Notes: generated by a model from the sequence alone, not told the origin. DNA of 64,000 nucleotides from Camelus dromedarius (GCF_036321535.1 NC_087437.1:44828001-44892000), one strand, 5' to 3'. Counted from the first letter of the stretch, positions 26,420 to 42,825 are shown. Program-made: numbers and translations.

Positions 26420-26656
26420 CAGTAGATCCTGAACAACAGGGCTTTGAACTGCGTGGGTCCACTTATAACATGGATTCTTGTCAATAGTAAATACGACGGT
26501 ACTGCATGATGTGAGGTTGTTTGAACCATGGGATGTAGGGGAACCTCAGATACAGAAGAACTGCATATGCAAAGGGCTGGCTACAAGTTGTACATAGACT
26601 TTCAACTGTGCAGAGGGTTGGCATCCCTAACCCCCAGGTTGTTCAAGGGTCAACTG
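26420..26656. mobile_element. TcMar-Tigger non-autonomous MITE (MER8/Tigger2-like), 237 bp
   Basis: Terminal inverted repeats CAGTAGATCCTGAACAAC ... GTTGTTCAAGGGTCAACTG, flanked by a TA duplication (26418-26419 and 26657-26658). Confidence 0.85.
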
Positions 26657-27280
26657 TATAATAATTTCAATCAAAAGATGAATATAAAGATTAAAAATTT
26701 ACAAAGTTAACCCAAATCTCACCTTCCCAATAACTGTTGTTATTACCTCATGAGCATCATTTTAATAATCTCTCTATGCATATAGACAGCTGGAAAACAG
26801 AGATAGATGAATAGAGAGAGAGAGATGAAATAGAAGTATTTTAATGAAATAATTATTTACGTGTAATATTAAGAAAAAATATATTATATTTAATTTTGCT
26901 TCATTATAGGATATATTAGTTTCTGAAAAAGCGCTATTATGGAGGAAAATAGATCCTGAAAAGCTGTGAGAGCTTGGATTCATTGTGCTGTTTCAACTTA
27001 AGATGACATCCATTAAATTTCTGCTTGAAGGCACTTACTAATAGTGTACTTCCAACACCTTCCACTAAGCCCCAAACCTTGATTGCTAATATTTACTTTA
27101 TTTTTGTTATTTATATTATCAAGGATACATTTTATTTTATAGTAGTAATTTCTGATTGTTCATTATTATTTTTTAATTGAAATGGACTCATCGCTTAACA
27201 CCAGTTTTATCATTACCGTCACTTCATTTCTGGGTATTTTGGGGTAATCTCTTTTTTATCTGGATTTTTCTTTTAAGTGT

Positions 27281-29666
<2,386 letters not shown>

Positions 29667-29837
29667 CTATTTCCTTGTTTTGAAAACCATTTATGAGTAC
29701 TTTGATATGCAAATTCTTATGTGCCTGAAGAAGTCTGCCTGTTGCCTTTAAAGCTGAAGGATCACTGACTCTTTTATGATCACAATTATTAAATCATTAA
29801 ATTTTGAGTATGCATTGCTGGTGGCTGATGAATGGTA

Positions 29838-29839
<2 letters not shown>

Positions 29840-29871
<32 letters not shown>
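29840..29871. repeat. (GT)16 microsatellite
   Basis: Direct read. Confidence 0.95.
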
Positions 29872-29878
<7 letters not shown>

Positions 29879-31959
29879 TCACCTCGAGCAGGTCACTTGG
29901 ATAGGGAGATAAATCTTAGAGAATCAGAAACAGCTTGTTGTGATGGTTTATCTTTCCTTCCCCATCTTTACTACCCACTCAGAAACTCCCTCATCTAATT
30001 CTCTGAGAGCTATAGTTCATTAAACTTATGAACTTATTTTACAAGTAATCAGTGGAGCATTTTGCAAACTCACAAACAAATATTTGAGATGCCTTGTGTG
30101 TTTATTTTTAATAGCAACAAGACTGTGTCTTCATAGGCAAAGTGAAGGAGTGAGTTAATGAATTTAATTATTATAGATGGCCATTCTGAATAGTTCAAGC
30201 AAACATTATCTCTTCCTCAGTAGGAAATTTTTCTGCTTGGATTACTCTGCTAATTGCCTCAGGTCTCCTCTTTACCTGAGTAAGTGAGGTGATCTTCAGT
30301 TGTCTCTATATATTCATAGCTAAATTAGACTTGCCTGAAAACTCCACCTCACAGGGATTTCATGGGGAATTTGGAAGGTTCAAATGGTTAGAGCCTGGTA
30401 GCCTGGCCCCTAAGTGACAACATGACAGCATTGTTGTAGTTTCAATTATGGTGATGTGTGCTTCCATCTAGGTGGGTTGGGTCTTTTTGTTTGGTCTCTT
30501 AAAAATGTATTTTTATCATTGGATATATTTTAAAAAAGAGTTTCTGTTAGCAGGGAACACAATATTCAGCTGAAACTTGATTATTTGACAGAATACAAAT
30601 AAGTTCAAGTGAAAACTAGTGGCTTATTACCCTCTCCTGCCCCTGACCCAGTGACATGTCTGTGTACAACCCTGTGACATGGTTTGGCAGTGGAGGACCC
30701 AACAGGGGCTGTAGAAGGAGACCCTCGAAGTCAGTTGTGAGAGAGCTCCGTGCTGAATGTCTGCTACTGTAGGTGTACATTGTTTTTGGAGGGATGCACC
30801 CGATAAAACACATTTCTTTTAGAAAAGGAAGTGAGCTTTGAGGTATAGGCTAATGGCTGATAAATAAATGATTCTAAAGTAAGAAAAAGTTATAGCAGTA
30901 AAATGTGATTTTTTATAATCTAAAGTCCGCTTTCATTCCTCTGTGTTATTGAGAATGAACTCGAAACATGGCTGTAGTGTGGAATTCTAGCAGAGCATAA
31001 ATATCTGTATGCCATTGCATCACTGCTTGTTTTACCTTGAGCTTTAACCCTGTAGTTCTTTTTAGCAATCTTAATTGGAATACCGTATCCTGAGTCAAAC
31101 CGATCAATGTGAAATCTGTTTCACCCGTGATAAGCAAATGACTAGCTCCTTTAACATCAGCAACTGCTGTGCCTAAGAAGTGAGGGAAAGCTATATTTGC
31201 TGGCAATTTCTTACCATGAAAATTGCCTATGTCATGCATTTCAGAGACCCGATTTGAGCAAAGCTTTTTCAGTGAAGAGTATAACAAATAAGCAGAAATA
31301 GAATTTGGGACTTGAATTCAAACAACTCAAGATTGTACAGTAGAGAGTCAAGTTGATAGGAGAGAGAAGGTGAGAAAAACAGGATGACTTCACACACATT
31401 TTCACCTGCCTGAAAAAAGGAAAAGAAAATGGTGAGGAGAAAAGATTCTCCTTATCTTTGGATGAAATTATCATCATCTGTACCAAATCTCTGAGCACTT
31501 TGAAGAGTCCAGAAGTGCCCTTAGGTCCATAGTAATTGCTTTGAGTTGTTATTGGTTCGGATGTTATTGGTGTTTTAACCCTACCATCCCATTTCAAGAA
31601 AGCCTTGCTCTTTTGACAGTTTCATCTCTTTAAAGTGCCTTTCATTCTCACACTAAAGATCTACTATGGTGATGTTGACTGCATAGGAAATGTCAGTGTG
31701 TTTTCTCTTTGGGAGCTCTCTACAGGAGTGTGTCTGAACTTCTCCATTTATCTGTTCTAAAGTCTGTGCTGAGTATTAAAGACTCAAAAATATTCTCTCC
31801 TTGAGGAACTCATGGTCTAGTGCCAGTGATAGATATATACATATTAAAACTCAGAAATAGAAATGTGAGTAGAATTTTCACTATGTTAAAGGAAAACAAA
31901 GTGTTTATCAGTTCAATTCATTTTTCAAAATAATGTTTTTTGGGTTTTGGTTTTTTTTT

Positions 31960-32195
31960 TTTTTGGCTCTGACCTTGTGCCAAGCACCATGTTATGTGCT
32001 CCTTACACTTGATCCTGTTCAGCCCGTGTAATACTCTTGTGAGTAGATATGACCATTATTCGTATATTACAAACAAGGGACCTGAGGTTAAACATTGCCA
32101 CATTTCGGAGCCAAGGCCACACAGCTAGTAAATGTCCAAGCCTAAATTCACATCCAGGCCTGTCAGATTCCAGAACCAAGGTCTTTACTCACTAG
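31960..32195 (-). mobile_element. MIR SINE
   Basis: TGTGCCAAGCACCATG..CCAAGGCCACACAGCTAGTAAATG..CCAGGCCTGTCAGATTCCAGAACC. Confidence 0.75.
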
Positions 32196-33399
32196 CTTGA
32201 ATTTCTTTTCTGTACAAGAATCACATTATGTAATATTCATGTATCATTGACTGTTCAATAAAGAACATACTTTATAATCTTTATCTAAATTTGTTTTTCA
32301 TTCTCAATTTGTATGATTTTTTTTTTTTTTTTACACTTTGGTAGTATGGTATATCACAGCAGATTGGAGAATTGTTTATAATACCTTTTAAATGGATAAA
32401 CATTATTTGCAAAATGAGTGTAACTTATGCTGGATATATCAAGTCAGTTATAGTCTGAAGCTTACAAAATTTTTATGGCTCATAGAAATCTCATTTATAA
32501 TATTCTTCAGAGCATTTCTAATTTTAATGGAATAATTGGTTTAGTTCAAACCACGTCACACTCTCTAAATATTAGAATTTAAATATAATAGTTTTAGCAC
32601 CATAATAAGCTAAGTGATCTATAGTAAGATATTTCCTTATTCAAAACTCATACAAGTTTTTATTATAAAATCTTAAGGCTGTCCGTGCACATGTGTCTGC
32701 TTTCTGAGATTATTCTAAAAGAAATGTTACAAAGGGACTCAATACTTTTGTTTACAATGGCTCAGTTTTCATTTTATTGATTCCTTTATTCCAAACACGC
32801 AACATCAGATAAAATATGAAATGGTTTCCCAAAGTAAAAAGTCAGTTTCTTTGCATTAGTAATAAGGGTATAGTGTGCATCTCCCATGACGTGTAAAGGT
32901 TTGAAGGTGCAGCTCTTGGAAGGGATCAAAACCTGACTCAGTGTTTGAAGGCAGGGCCTGATGTGGAGTTCCATTCCAAGTGAAATTATGTTAAAAGAAT
33001 AAACCCTGTTGCCATTTTCATCTGTAGTTATAACTTTCCATCAGCTGTAAGCCTGAAGAAGTTAGTAATTGAACCAAATTATCTGTTAGCTTAGACACTA
33101 AATCCAAGATTGATTTTTCAATAACTTTATGGGGCACACGTGCCAAAATGTCATCATAACTTCAGGTCAGGTTTATCTGGCACCACCTATAATATCACTG
33201 GACAGGGATAAATCATCAGAAGGAGAGAAAAAAATAAAATCAAAACCGATCATCACTCAAATAAACTTCATGCTAGAAACTCAAATTCTAAATGAGAAGA
33301 AAGAAATTTTTAAATTTCAGAATTCCTGTTTATGAGGAATACAGCTGAAAAACGTTTAGAATATAAATTCTGTATTGAAAAAATATTACTTACCTTTAT

Positions 33400-33740
33400 A
33401 CTATGTGTTTTTTCTAAATTCAAGAAACAAATGAATTACAGTAAATTAATAGGAAAACAGCACTTATAAAGCTTGAAAATATAAATAAGTCATAGAAATG
33501 TTAAAAGTTCAATAGACTTTGTATTTGAGTAGACACTGTTGCAGAAAGAATTAATAAATTGGACATTTTCACTGAGGCATTGATCTAGAATATAGCACTG
33601 ACAGATGAAGATATAATAAATATAATTGAGCAGTTATGGTAAATTGCAGAACTTTAATATCTATCCAAAACAAGTTCCAGAATAGAGTGGAGACAATGAC
33701 AAAAAATGCAGCTTTGAAAATATAACACAAAAATAATTTA
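33400..33740 (+). mobile_element. Degenerate L1/HAL1 ORF1-region fragment
   Basis: A-rich sequence with L1 ORF1-like motifs (GTAGACACTGTTGCAGAAAGAATTAATAAATTGGA, AGTTCCAGAATAGAG). Confidence 0.45.
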
Positions 33741-34309
33741 AAGGTGACATTTTAAAAGGCATGGGGACTTAAAGAATTTCTTTAAAAATCAGTGTTCATT
33801 ATTTTTAGTTCGTTATCTTTTTAAATAGGCATTTACATCGGCCAATGAACTAGAGGGCTAGGAATTAGAAATGCATTGATTGATATTTCTGTAAATTTCA
33901 GCTACTTGTCATAATTTGTATCTTGAAAATTCCAGAATGCATCCTTATTATTTTATGAGAAAAAAAAACATCCACAGTTTATTTATCCTAGCTATTATTA
34001 TATGAGCTGAATATGTAATGCTCTTGGGGAAACATAACAAAATCAAAGAGAGATCGCAAGTAAATCAGTATAAAAATCAACAAGCCGGGGATAATACCTT
34101 TGTGTTTGCTGGAATTTAGCTGAATGGAATGTTGCCAGGAAGGCCAGACAATTATGAGAGTTTAGTTTTCCAGGAAATAAAACTGAAAGCATGAGGTATA
34201 ACCAATGACTTTGTCTGCATAGCCAAATATTTTCAAGGCAAACAATAATCCAATCATTTATCAGCATTATATTTGAATGGTTATTTATCAAAGAAAGAAT
34301 ATAAAGATT

Positions 34310-34840
34310 AGATAGATAGGTCTAAAAGAAGGAGAGAAAGAATGAGAGAGAGAGTGTGTGAGAGACAGATTTATTATAAGATATTGGCTTACAGAATTAT
34401 GGAGGTGAAGAAGTCTCCAGACCTACTGTGTGAGTTTTCTGGGTTTTGATCCAGGAAAACTGATGGTTTAGTTCAGTCTTGAGTCTGAAAGCCTGAGGAC
34501 CAGGAGAGCTGGCGGTGTAGTTCCCATCCAAAGGGCAGCAGACTTGAGGCCTGATGTTTTGGTTCAAGTGTAAAGGCAGGAAGTGCTGATGTCTCAGGAC
34601 AAAGGCAGTCAGACAGGAAAGAATCCTCTGTTACTCAGTAGGGTCAGCCTTTTCCTTCTGATCAGGCCTTGAATGGATTGGATGAGGCCCACTCACATTA
34701 GAGAGGGCAGTCTGCTTTACTTAGTATGCTTATAACCTTAATCTCATGCAAAACCACCCTTAAGGACACACCAAGAATAATATTTGACCAAATATCTGGT
34801 AACCCTGTGACCCAGTCAAGATGACACATAAACCACAACA
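34310..34840 (-). mobile_element. ERVL MLT2-family LTR
   Basis: GA-rich stretch, then GATTTATTATAAG..ATTGGCTTAC..ATTATGGAGG; TGAGGCCCACTCACATTAGAGAGGGCAGTCTGCTTTACT; ATTTGACCAAATATCTGG..CCCAGTCAAGATGACACATAAA. Confidence 0.85.
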
Positions 34841-35539
34841 TATAATTGCTCCAACCACCATTTCTGCATTCCTTGATCTTAGCTGCTTTTCCTCCACAAG
34901 ATTCTGTCCCATTTTTCTGAGATGTTTTAATGGTTCTTCCTCAACAAACCGTATTGAAGACCGATTAAAAATGTCTTGAGTGTTGTCATGCTGTAATAAA
35001 ATAAACTGTAGTTGTGGAAATTAGGTGTGGAGATTACTCCAGATTTGGAAATAGACCATCTTATAAAATGTAAGAGAGGCCCTGGTCAAAGTTACTTGCA
35101 GACTTCAAATTTTTTTTTCCATTGACAAATGGACATTAAATGTTCAAATATTTAAAGGCAACCAAAATATTAGAGGCAACAATAAGCAAGTAAAGATAGG
35201 TTTAAATTATATTTTAATGAAACTTCCCTGCTGTGAATATTAGTAGATATTTTCATATATACATATTAACTATGATTTTTGTAAAGTATCACAAGTTCAA
35301 TCTTGATTAAATAATATAATTTTATTCTTAGTTTTAGATTATTTCCTTTATGAAGATTTATATAACAAATAGTTTCAAATGACTGCCCTGGTCATCCTTG
35401 CTCAAAAAAAAAAAAAAATTAAAAATCAGTTTTCTCATGACTATTTGTAAAATATGTATGTTTAAACATATCTTAACTTTTAAAATGTCCAAGTTTGCAG
35501 AAAAGCCAAAATAAAACAGAAGTAATCAAAAAAAACTGC

Positions 35540-35760
35540 AATGCATTTGCATGGTGTTCACTATGCACAAGTTGTCTTCTACATTTTCTGTGCTTAGTAT
35601 CTTATTTAATCTCACTCTAAAGGCATTTAAACCTTTATTATTCCTATTTCATATGAGGAAGTCAAATCTTAGAGTTAAAGCAAATTGTCTAAGTTACAAA
35701 GTTATGAGTTGGCAGAGCTAGAATTTGAATCTCATTCTAGTTAAATGATTTGCTCTATGC
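35540..35760 (-). mobile_element. MIR SINE (degenerate)
   Basis: TCTTATTTAATCTCAC..ATATGAGGAAGTC..GGCAGAGCTAGAATTTGAATC. Confidence 0.6.
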
Positions 35761-38700
35761 CAAAGAAAAATGCTCTTTAATGAAACTGTCATAAACTCCT
35801 ATATAGTAGAAAACTGGTATCTTCCAATGGTGAATCTGACTCTAAAAACAGTAACAAGTGATCTGGAATAAATAAATAAATGTCATTTGGTAAATAAAAC
35901 AGATAATTTCTTACAAAATAAATAATTGGTAAATAAAGCAGATGATAAAGTTGGATATTGTAAATTAAGATTTTTAGAGTGAAATAAAATAACTTTCCAA
36001 TTTATGGATTATGAAGACTTTTTCATGGTAGCATGCTTCAAAAATATTTTGAACAATATAGTATTTTCTAGAAGGGTAAGCTGTGCTTAGAAGTATGATA
36101 ATGATCTGATTGTAAAATTTCTAGAGGCTTAGAAAAGAAAAAATAATTTATTAATCTATAATTATAAATCTAATCATAATCTTTTTTATGATGAGGGTGA
36201 TGATGATTGTGTAATGATCAATACCTGGAGCATAATGAGCTGTGTTCTATTCACTATTCCAAGTACCACATATATTAGCATTTTTAATCTGATAAAATAT
36301 CTGTGAGGTAGATATTATGCCCCTGTGGCCTAAAGAGATCAAATGCACTTTGCTAATAGCCACTAAATATGTTATTGTTTATGCTTATCTTCATAAGTAT
36401 CAGAAATTCTGATGAGAACGCATTGCAGTTTACATAGCAGCTCCATCTAGTCTGACCAACAACCTTTGATGCAGGTTGAGTCAGAAGTGATTACTGGCTG
36501 GTCCTGGATTGTGGGTCTAGCAAATAACAAGAGTCAGAACTTTGGGTCCAGAGCATATACTCTTTCCATGCACCACCCAACCTCCTCAGTATTTGTTACA
36601 CATAACTCTGAAGAGCAACAAATAGTCTCATAGCACACATTAGTTTTATGGGTGTTTAGGAATTCTACAGTTAAGATCCTGTATGAAAGCTTTGCTAAGT
36701 AGAATGAAATAAACTACATCACAAAGACCCTTTGGATTCCTCTGGATGAGAAATTAATAAAAACTTCTTGTTGATGCTGTCAGACTAGCCTAAACAATGG
36801 GTCTTCCTCAGTATTTACTTTCTCGATAGGTGCTACTTTTTCGAGTGAGAAATTAGACATCACTTTGAGAGGTTAACTGTATTTTTGTGTTGCATAAAAA
36901 GCAAGGTTAGTGAGCAATATTGAAGACAGCATAGTGTTAGGAGCTTAGCTAAAATGGGAGAGACAGAGCTGAACTGTTAAGTGTTAGAGCAGCCAGTTAA
37001 TGCACCAAGCTAAAATCAAAAGACTTAAGTATTTAATCACTTACCATGATGATACTAGTAAGAGTCTAAAACCAGAGAGGGGCTGACTGCCCTGTTCCAT
37101 TTTCCTCCATGGAAGAGGGCATTGGTCACTATGCAGTCACGTCAGCACAGGCGTAGGGGTGGTCTCACTGTTGAGGGGGCCCAGAACAGAAGGCTCAGGC
37201 ATTCTGATGGACCTTGGGGTCAAGAAGAGGGGCAGGCTGAGAGTGGAAAACACTGGGCACTTAGAGTAAGGGAAAGTGTTTTCAAGTTTTCTCCTTTCTC
37301 TCTCCCTATCCCTGCTCCCAACAAGTAGTCCTCAGCAAAGTCTCTTGAAAAAGATCTGTTCCCAAAGCCTCAGATAAAGAGGCCAAGGAGTAAAGGCATC
37401 TGGTCTAAGAATGGAAGCATGTGAAGAGTGTGACTGGCAAGGGGGCCTGAGACCTTGAGTGCAACTCCCTTTGGGGACAGCCACACACTGGCCATGCACC
37501 ATGTCTCCTGTGGGGAGGGCAGCTTCCCCCGTGAGGCCTGCCAGGAAAGTCTTTGCAATTGCCTAGGATTGGGCCTGAAAAATCACACAAAGGTTTTTGA
37601 CCTGGAACCAGAATCCTCACAAATGACTTCAAATATATGGTTGATCAAGCCATACCTATCATGTGGTTGTCTGCTAAATGAAGACTCTTTCTCCCCACCT
37701 TCTGTAAGCATTCCTAATGAAACCTGCTGCAACTTAACGCAATTTGCAGGATTAATGGGCCTAATGTTTCCTTTTCTCTTGATGAGGAAAGTTGTGCTGG
37801 TCCCTGATATTTAGAGATTTGTTCTGAGATGAGTATACTTTACTGTGGCCTTTTTCAAAACCTCCACATGCTTCAGGCTAAAAGAACCTGCAACTATGAG
37901 ATGCCTTTTTACCCAGTGGGCATTATTAGCTACATTCCAAGAGTATTTATACCCTCTTCTTCTTCTATCACCTTTAGCTTCCTTTAAAAAAAAATTCTAA
38001 ATATCGTCTTTGGAATTATTACTGACTGGATTTAACTGCATTATTAAGCAAATATATTGAAATACCCTTCAAAAAACCTCTGGGCTTTAGTAATACTTTC
38101 TGTACTGAGAATTATGCTTGGAAGGAATTTTCGTATGTACACAAAATACTTAGAGAATACAGATATATTGACTGTATAAATATACATAGGTGGTTTGATT
38201 CTGTAGTCCTTCATGGGACCTGGGAGAATTTTTATTCCACAATTCCTACAGTGACTTGTGTGTGGGTGACTGACAAATTAAACATGTGACTGTGAGTATA
38301 AACGGTAAGACACAGACAAGGAGTGTTGTGCCTTTAAAGAGATGAAGGAAGGGGAGGAATAATATCCCGGGCCTTTGATCTATATTTCCACATTGATTAA
38401 GAATTGAGGGAGATAAATTGCAAGAGGGTCATAAAGCATGTATGATGACTATATTACTATTATGCAGCAAACTTGAGAAAATCTATTGGTTATACCAAAC
38501 ATACTTTAAACATGCTTGTTAAAAATCACCCCCAGTTGTTATTGTTGCTGTTTTTGTGTTTTGTTTCATCTCAACCATTCAAATTACATTGCTTTCTGGA
38601 TTGTGATGAAAACTAGGGGACAGGATTCAGTGAGGATCCTGAATCATGAAATCAGAGTGATAGTGAACATTTAGGTAGAGGGAGGTTGGGAGTCTCTCAA

Positions 38701-39114
38701 TATACACATTCTCTGAAATTCAGAAGATGGAGGTTTAAAAATCTCTTTGGAATTACAGAGGGAGGAGGTTGAGAAGAGCTTCTCGCAACTGAATGATGAT
38801 AAATGGTAGTTATTCATTAATAATTTAGGGTATATGAAAGCATTAGTCATAGCATTTTATTTAACAAGCTGTCTTTATTGTTTTATTTTAGTGTGAAAAT
38901 AGCAATAAGGGTTTTTATGGATTTCCTTGTCATCATAGCCCTCAAACTCTATTTTCTCCGTAAGATCTTAAATACTTCCACTGTCAGTTCTTTTTTGCTA
39001 GTAATTTTTCAAGATCTTAGCTCTCATATTTGAGAAAGTCCCATTATTGATCGACCAGTTGCCTTTGAAATATCCCTTTATACTTGTGCTTGAATTACTT
39101 TGTAATAATTACAT

Positions 39115-39310
39115 TTATTGAGTTACTGCTCTGAGTTATGCTACTTTACATACATTATTTTATTTAATCTTTAAAACATTTCTGTAATAAATATTATTAT
39201 CTACATTTAGCAAATGAGATTGAGGGTTAGAGGAGTTAAGGTACTTGCCCACATTTTGTACATAGATTGGTACTCAAGCCAAATTGACTCTAAAGCTCAC
39301 TGATACACTA
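39115..39310 (-). mobile_element. MIR SINE (degenerate)
   Basis: CATTTATTGAG..ACTTTACATACATTATTTTATTTAATC..GAGGAGTTAAGGTACTTGCCCA. Confidence 0.6.
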
Positions 39311-40199
39311 TGATACAGCTTCCTTCTCTCAACTTCAAAGTAAATAGATAAGCAATATAAAGAGAGTAAAAATGCATATTCTGGACTCATGTCCTATAGT
39401 TTATTTGGAAAATCTCTACCTTATGAACAGCTTTCAAAGAGTGAATCCCAAGGATCCGTTGCACTTAGTGTGCTTCCGTGTTCTCGTTCTTGACATGAAG
39501 GTTTTAATGTTGCCTTCCCTCGAACCAGTGCTTGCAGATAAAAATGACCAATCTCGGTGGGGGAAATGACCTACTAACTTTAAGGCAAATACCAAATGGA
39601 GGGCCAAATATTTCAACTTGTTAAAAATGTGAAATGGAAAATATAAGATCCTGAGATACAGAAGACTTTATAGCTACATAACTTAAGAGACTCTAATCCA
39701 CAATATGGACTGGGTCATAGATAGAGACCTAAGAGAATTACCATTATTTTTCTCTGAATAATTTAGCAGTACCTTAACAGATGTACAGTTCTGTACCTGT
39801 ATCTCTTTCTCCATTCCCACGAAGAATGCATCTTCCATGGGAAGCATTTTAATGTAGCTTCCTGGGCCACACTTCAGACCTACTCCAATGTCTTGGAAAA
39901 ATTGGTCTCTTTCTCTCTTAATTTCCAGGTTATTCTGAAATGTTACCAGATTTAGACAACTTCATTTGTCTAGAGACAAGAATACTAGGGAGTAGAAAAA
40001 AAGAAACCTTGCTGACTTGGCTGTTTAAAACGTAAGACATTACACTAGATTAAGATACTACCTTTATCATTTAATAAAAGGTTATGTGGGTGTCTAAAAA
40101 TATGGCAATTTTTGTATTTTTAGTTCTCATCCATTTAACATTTTAAAATATTGAGCCTTTGTAACAGGTTTTAATATCTAGTAAAACTAATCTCTATGT

Positions 40200-41110
40200 A
40201 GTGTCTTCATCTTTCAGTGTTTGCCTGGCTCATTTGCTTTTGCTTTTTAATGAACTTGAAAATCAGCACACCTAGTTCTATAAAAGCAAAAACAGAACCA
40301 ACTTTTAAATTATTTTATTGGTGGCACTGATATCTTCTGTTACCTTAGATTGAAAAGATGCCATTTTTATGCAATTTTTTTTTTCATGAGAACATGGCAT
40401 ATCGTTCATTGAGTTGAAGTCTTCTTTTGTATCCTTCAGTAAAATTTCTGAGTTATCTTCATATAGATACTGTACATTTCTTGTTAAATTTATCCCTGGG
40501 TATTTTTTCTTTCCTATTATAGACGGTCATTACTTTCATTACATACTATGATTAGTTGTGGTCTCTATATACAATATTATATTTTTATACATGATTGTTC
40601 TATGTATATGTTACATATATATAATTTGTCTCTACAGCGTTTCATATCTTATGGAACTATTAATTTGATAACCAAAGGTGCTACTGAAATTCTTTTATAA
40701 TTTTTTTTTAAATTTGATACTGGGTTTTCCAGTTTAAAACCTTATCCTCTATTTCTCTCATCAATTTTTACATCGCTAATTTATATTTCTTTCCTAATTG
40801 TATAGGCTGAAACCTACATGAAATATAAAAATAACAGTACTGATGCTATACCTTTTGATCTATTTCTTATTTCATTGTGACTGCCTTTAGTGCATCCTCA
40901 TTACATATGATACTGTTTGCTAATATGTTAGGATTTTTGCAGTAACATTCATCAATTAGAGTGGCTTGAATTTTTATAATACAATCTTTTTAAGGTTTAG
41001 GATCAATGTAGAATTTGTATCATAAAAATAATTGAGAGTTTTCCTTTTTTATGTATGCTATGAAATAGTTTAATAGTTTATCAGTACTGGAATTTTCTGC
41101 TAGTTAAAAG
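40200..41110 (-). mobile_element. Old L1 (L1ME-like) fragment
   Basis: CATGAGAACATGGCATATC, CATTTCTTGTTAAATTTATCCCT, TTAGGATTTTTGCA..ATTCAT: antisense ORF2 hallmarks. Confidence 0.65.
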
Positions 41111-41569
41111 ATACAGCTCATGCATTCTAAGTCAAACCTCACTTTTAGGAATTGTATTTTGCTGCTACTTTCTGAGATATGCTACGGGGGCCTTTTACTT
41201 CTCTTCCTAGTTTTCTTTTATTTCTGTGTAACTTCTGCCTGATCTCATGTTTGGTTGCCCTTACGTGAATTTTTCAAAATTTGATCTGTCTCCAGGAATT
41301 TTCTGAAAATGATGTTCATAGGTTTTTTGTTTGCTTGCTTGTTTTGCCTCATTGTTACTTTTCTGTGATTTCCAGAACTTACCTATTGTGACCTAATTTG
41401 CCATGTTCATATAGGGTTTCTCTTGTTTTCCTATTTGTTGTCTCCTAAACTATAAATTAGTCTCAATTACATGTTGAAAGAAATAGAGGTTGGGCCTAAA
41501 AGTGAAAGTTTACTAAAATTGAAGCTAACTGTCTTTGTTCATAAATGAGTTTTTGATGAGCAGTGGGAT

Positions 41570-42825
41570 TCTATAGTGGACATTGTGATTACCTCTCTCC
41601 AGTATTCATTTCACTCCACACCCCTTGTGTATCATCATGAGGTTTCCATACAACTGATCCCTTAATTTACTTTAGTTACAGATCAGTTTGATATAACCTA
41701 GTGAAGGTAGGGCACTGCACTGGCCATGGTGATTTTATTTCTAAAGAAAGTTATGTGACCCAAGTAGGAATAATCAGAATTTTATTTGTGGTTGGAAGTC
41801 CAGTAGTGGGGAGGAAAAGACTTTGCCTCTCTCTGGATCTGTATTAGGAGGCTTTTAGCCATCTCGTAGACATGAAGAAAACTGAGGCCTAGGAGGAAGC
41901 TAAGAAATTGGAGCAAAAGTGGAAATATGGGGGAAAAATTAGTCTTTGGTGCCATCATTGAACTATGGGAACAAAATAAGCCTAAAATCCCCCGTTTTTG
42001 AAATTTTTTTATTAATATTTGCTAATAATTCTTGTTAAAGTCCATTTTTTGGAGGGAGGAATACAATGTCAGCGAGCAGTCCAGTAGGTCTCCCTCACTT
42101 CTGACACCAATTTCAAATTTGAGGACCCCAGTATCCCTCTCACCTCTGACACTAATCATATGTTTGGGAGTCCCCAAGGCCAATTTCAGGTTTAATAACT
42201 ATCTAGAAGACTCATAGAACTCACTAAAAGCAGTTTCACTTGCAGTTATACACACAGTTAAAGTTTATGACAGTGAAAGGATACAGATTAAAATTAGCCA
42301 AGAGAATGGAGGCATGGAGCAGGGTCCATGGCATTTCCAAGTGAGGGCTTCCTGCTGTCCTCTCCCACTAGAGTCATGGAGAGTGCTACCTTTCCCAGCA
42401 ACGAGGTGTGAGAAAATACATGGAGTACCACCCACCAGGAAAGCTCCCCCAACCCCCAGTGTCCAGAGATTCTGCTGAGGCTTTATCACTTGGACAAGGT
42501 TGATTTGCCAGTGTTGTTGATGTCATCTCCAGCTCCTCCAGAGGTTAAGATGATAGCATGAATTTAGAATCACCACCCTAAATCACATTGTTAGACTATC
42601 TCATAGGCACAACTCCCACCCTAATTCACATTGTTAGATGACGTGGTATGACCAAGGCTCCCAAAGACACTCTTTTGAGGCCTGACATTCTATGGACTTA
42701 GATATTACCTACCAGGAGCCAAGGGCAAAGGCTGGACCTCTGTTTAGGCAAAGTTAATTTTTTTACTACCTGGTAGCCAGAGGTGGAGTTCTGTTTTTTG
42801 AAGCATAAGATATACTTAATATACA
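41570..42825 (+). mobile_element. Old MLT1 MaLR LTR split by a MER21-like LTR
   Basis: ATGTGACCCAAGTAGGAATAATCAGAAT, TAGCCATCTCGTAGACATGAAG, GCTAATAATTCTTGTTAAAGTCCA; the 3' end resumes after 42770 (GAGTTCTGTTTTTTGAAGC..TAATATACA). Confidence 0.55.
42045..42770 (-). mobile_element. MER21-like ERVL LTR
   Basis: GGAGTCCCCAAGGCCA..TAGAAGACTCATAGAACTCACTAAAAGC..GTGAAAGGATACAGATTAAAATTAGCCAAG..CCAGGAGCCAAGGGCAAAGGCTGGACCTC. Confidence 0.8.

Noticed and set aside
42572..42640. CACCCTAA(A/T)TCACATTGTTAGA direct repeat
   Set aside because: Lies inside the MER21-like LTR and has only two copies; not an array.
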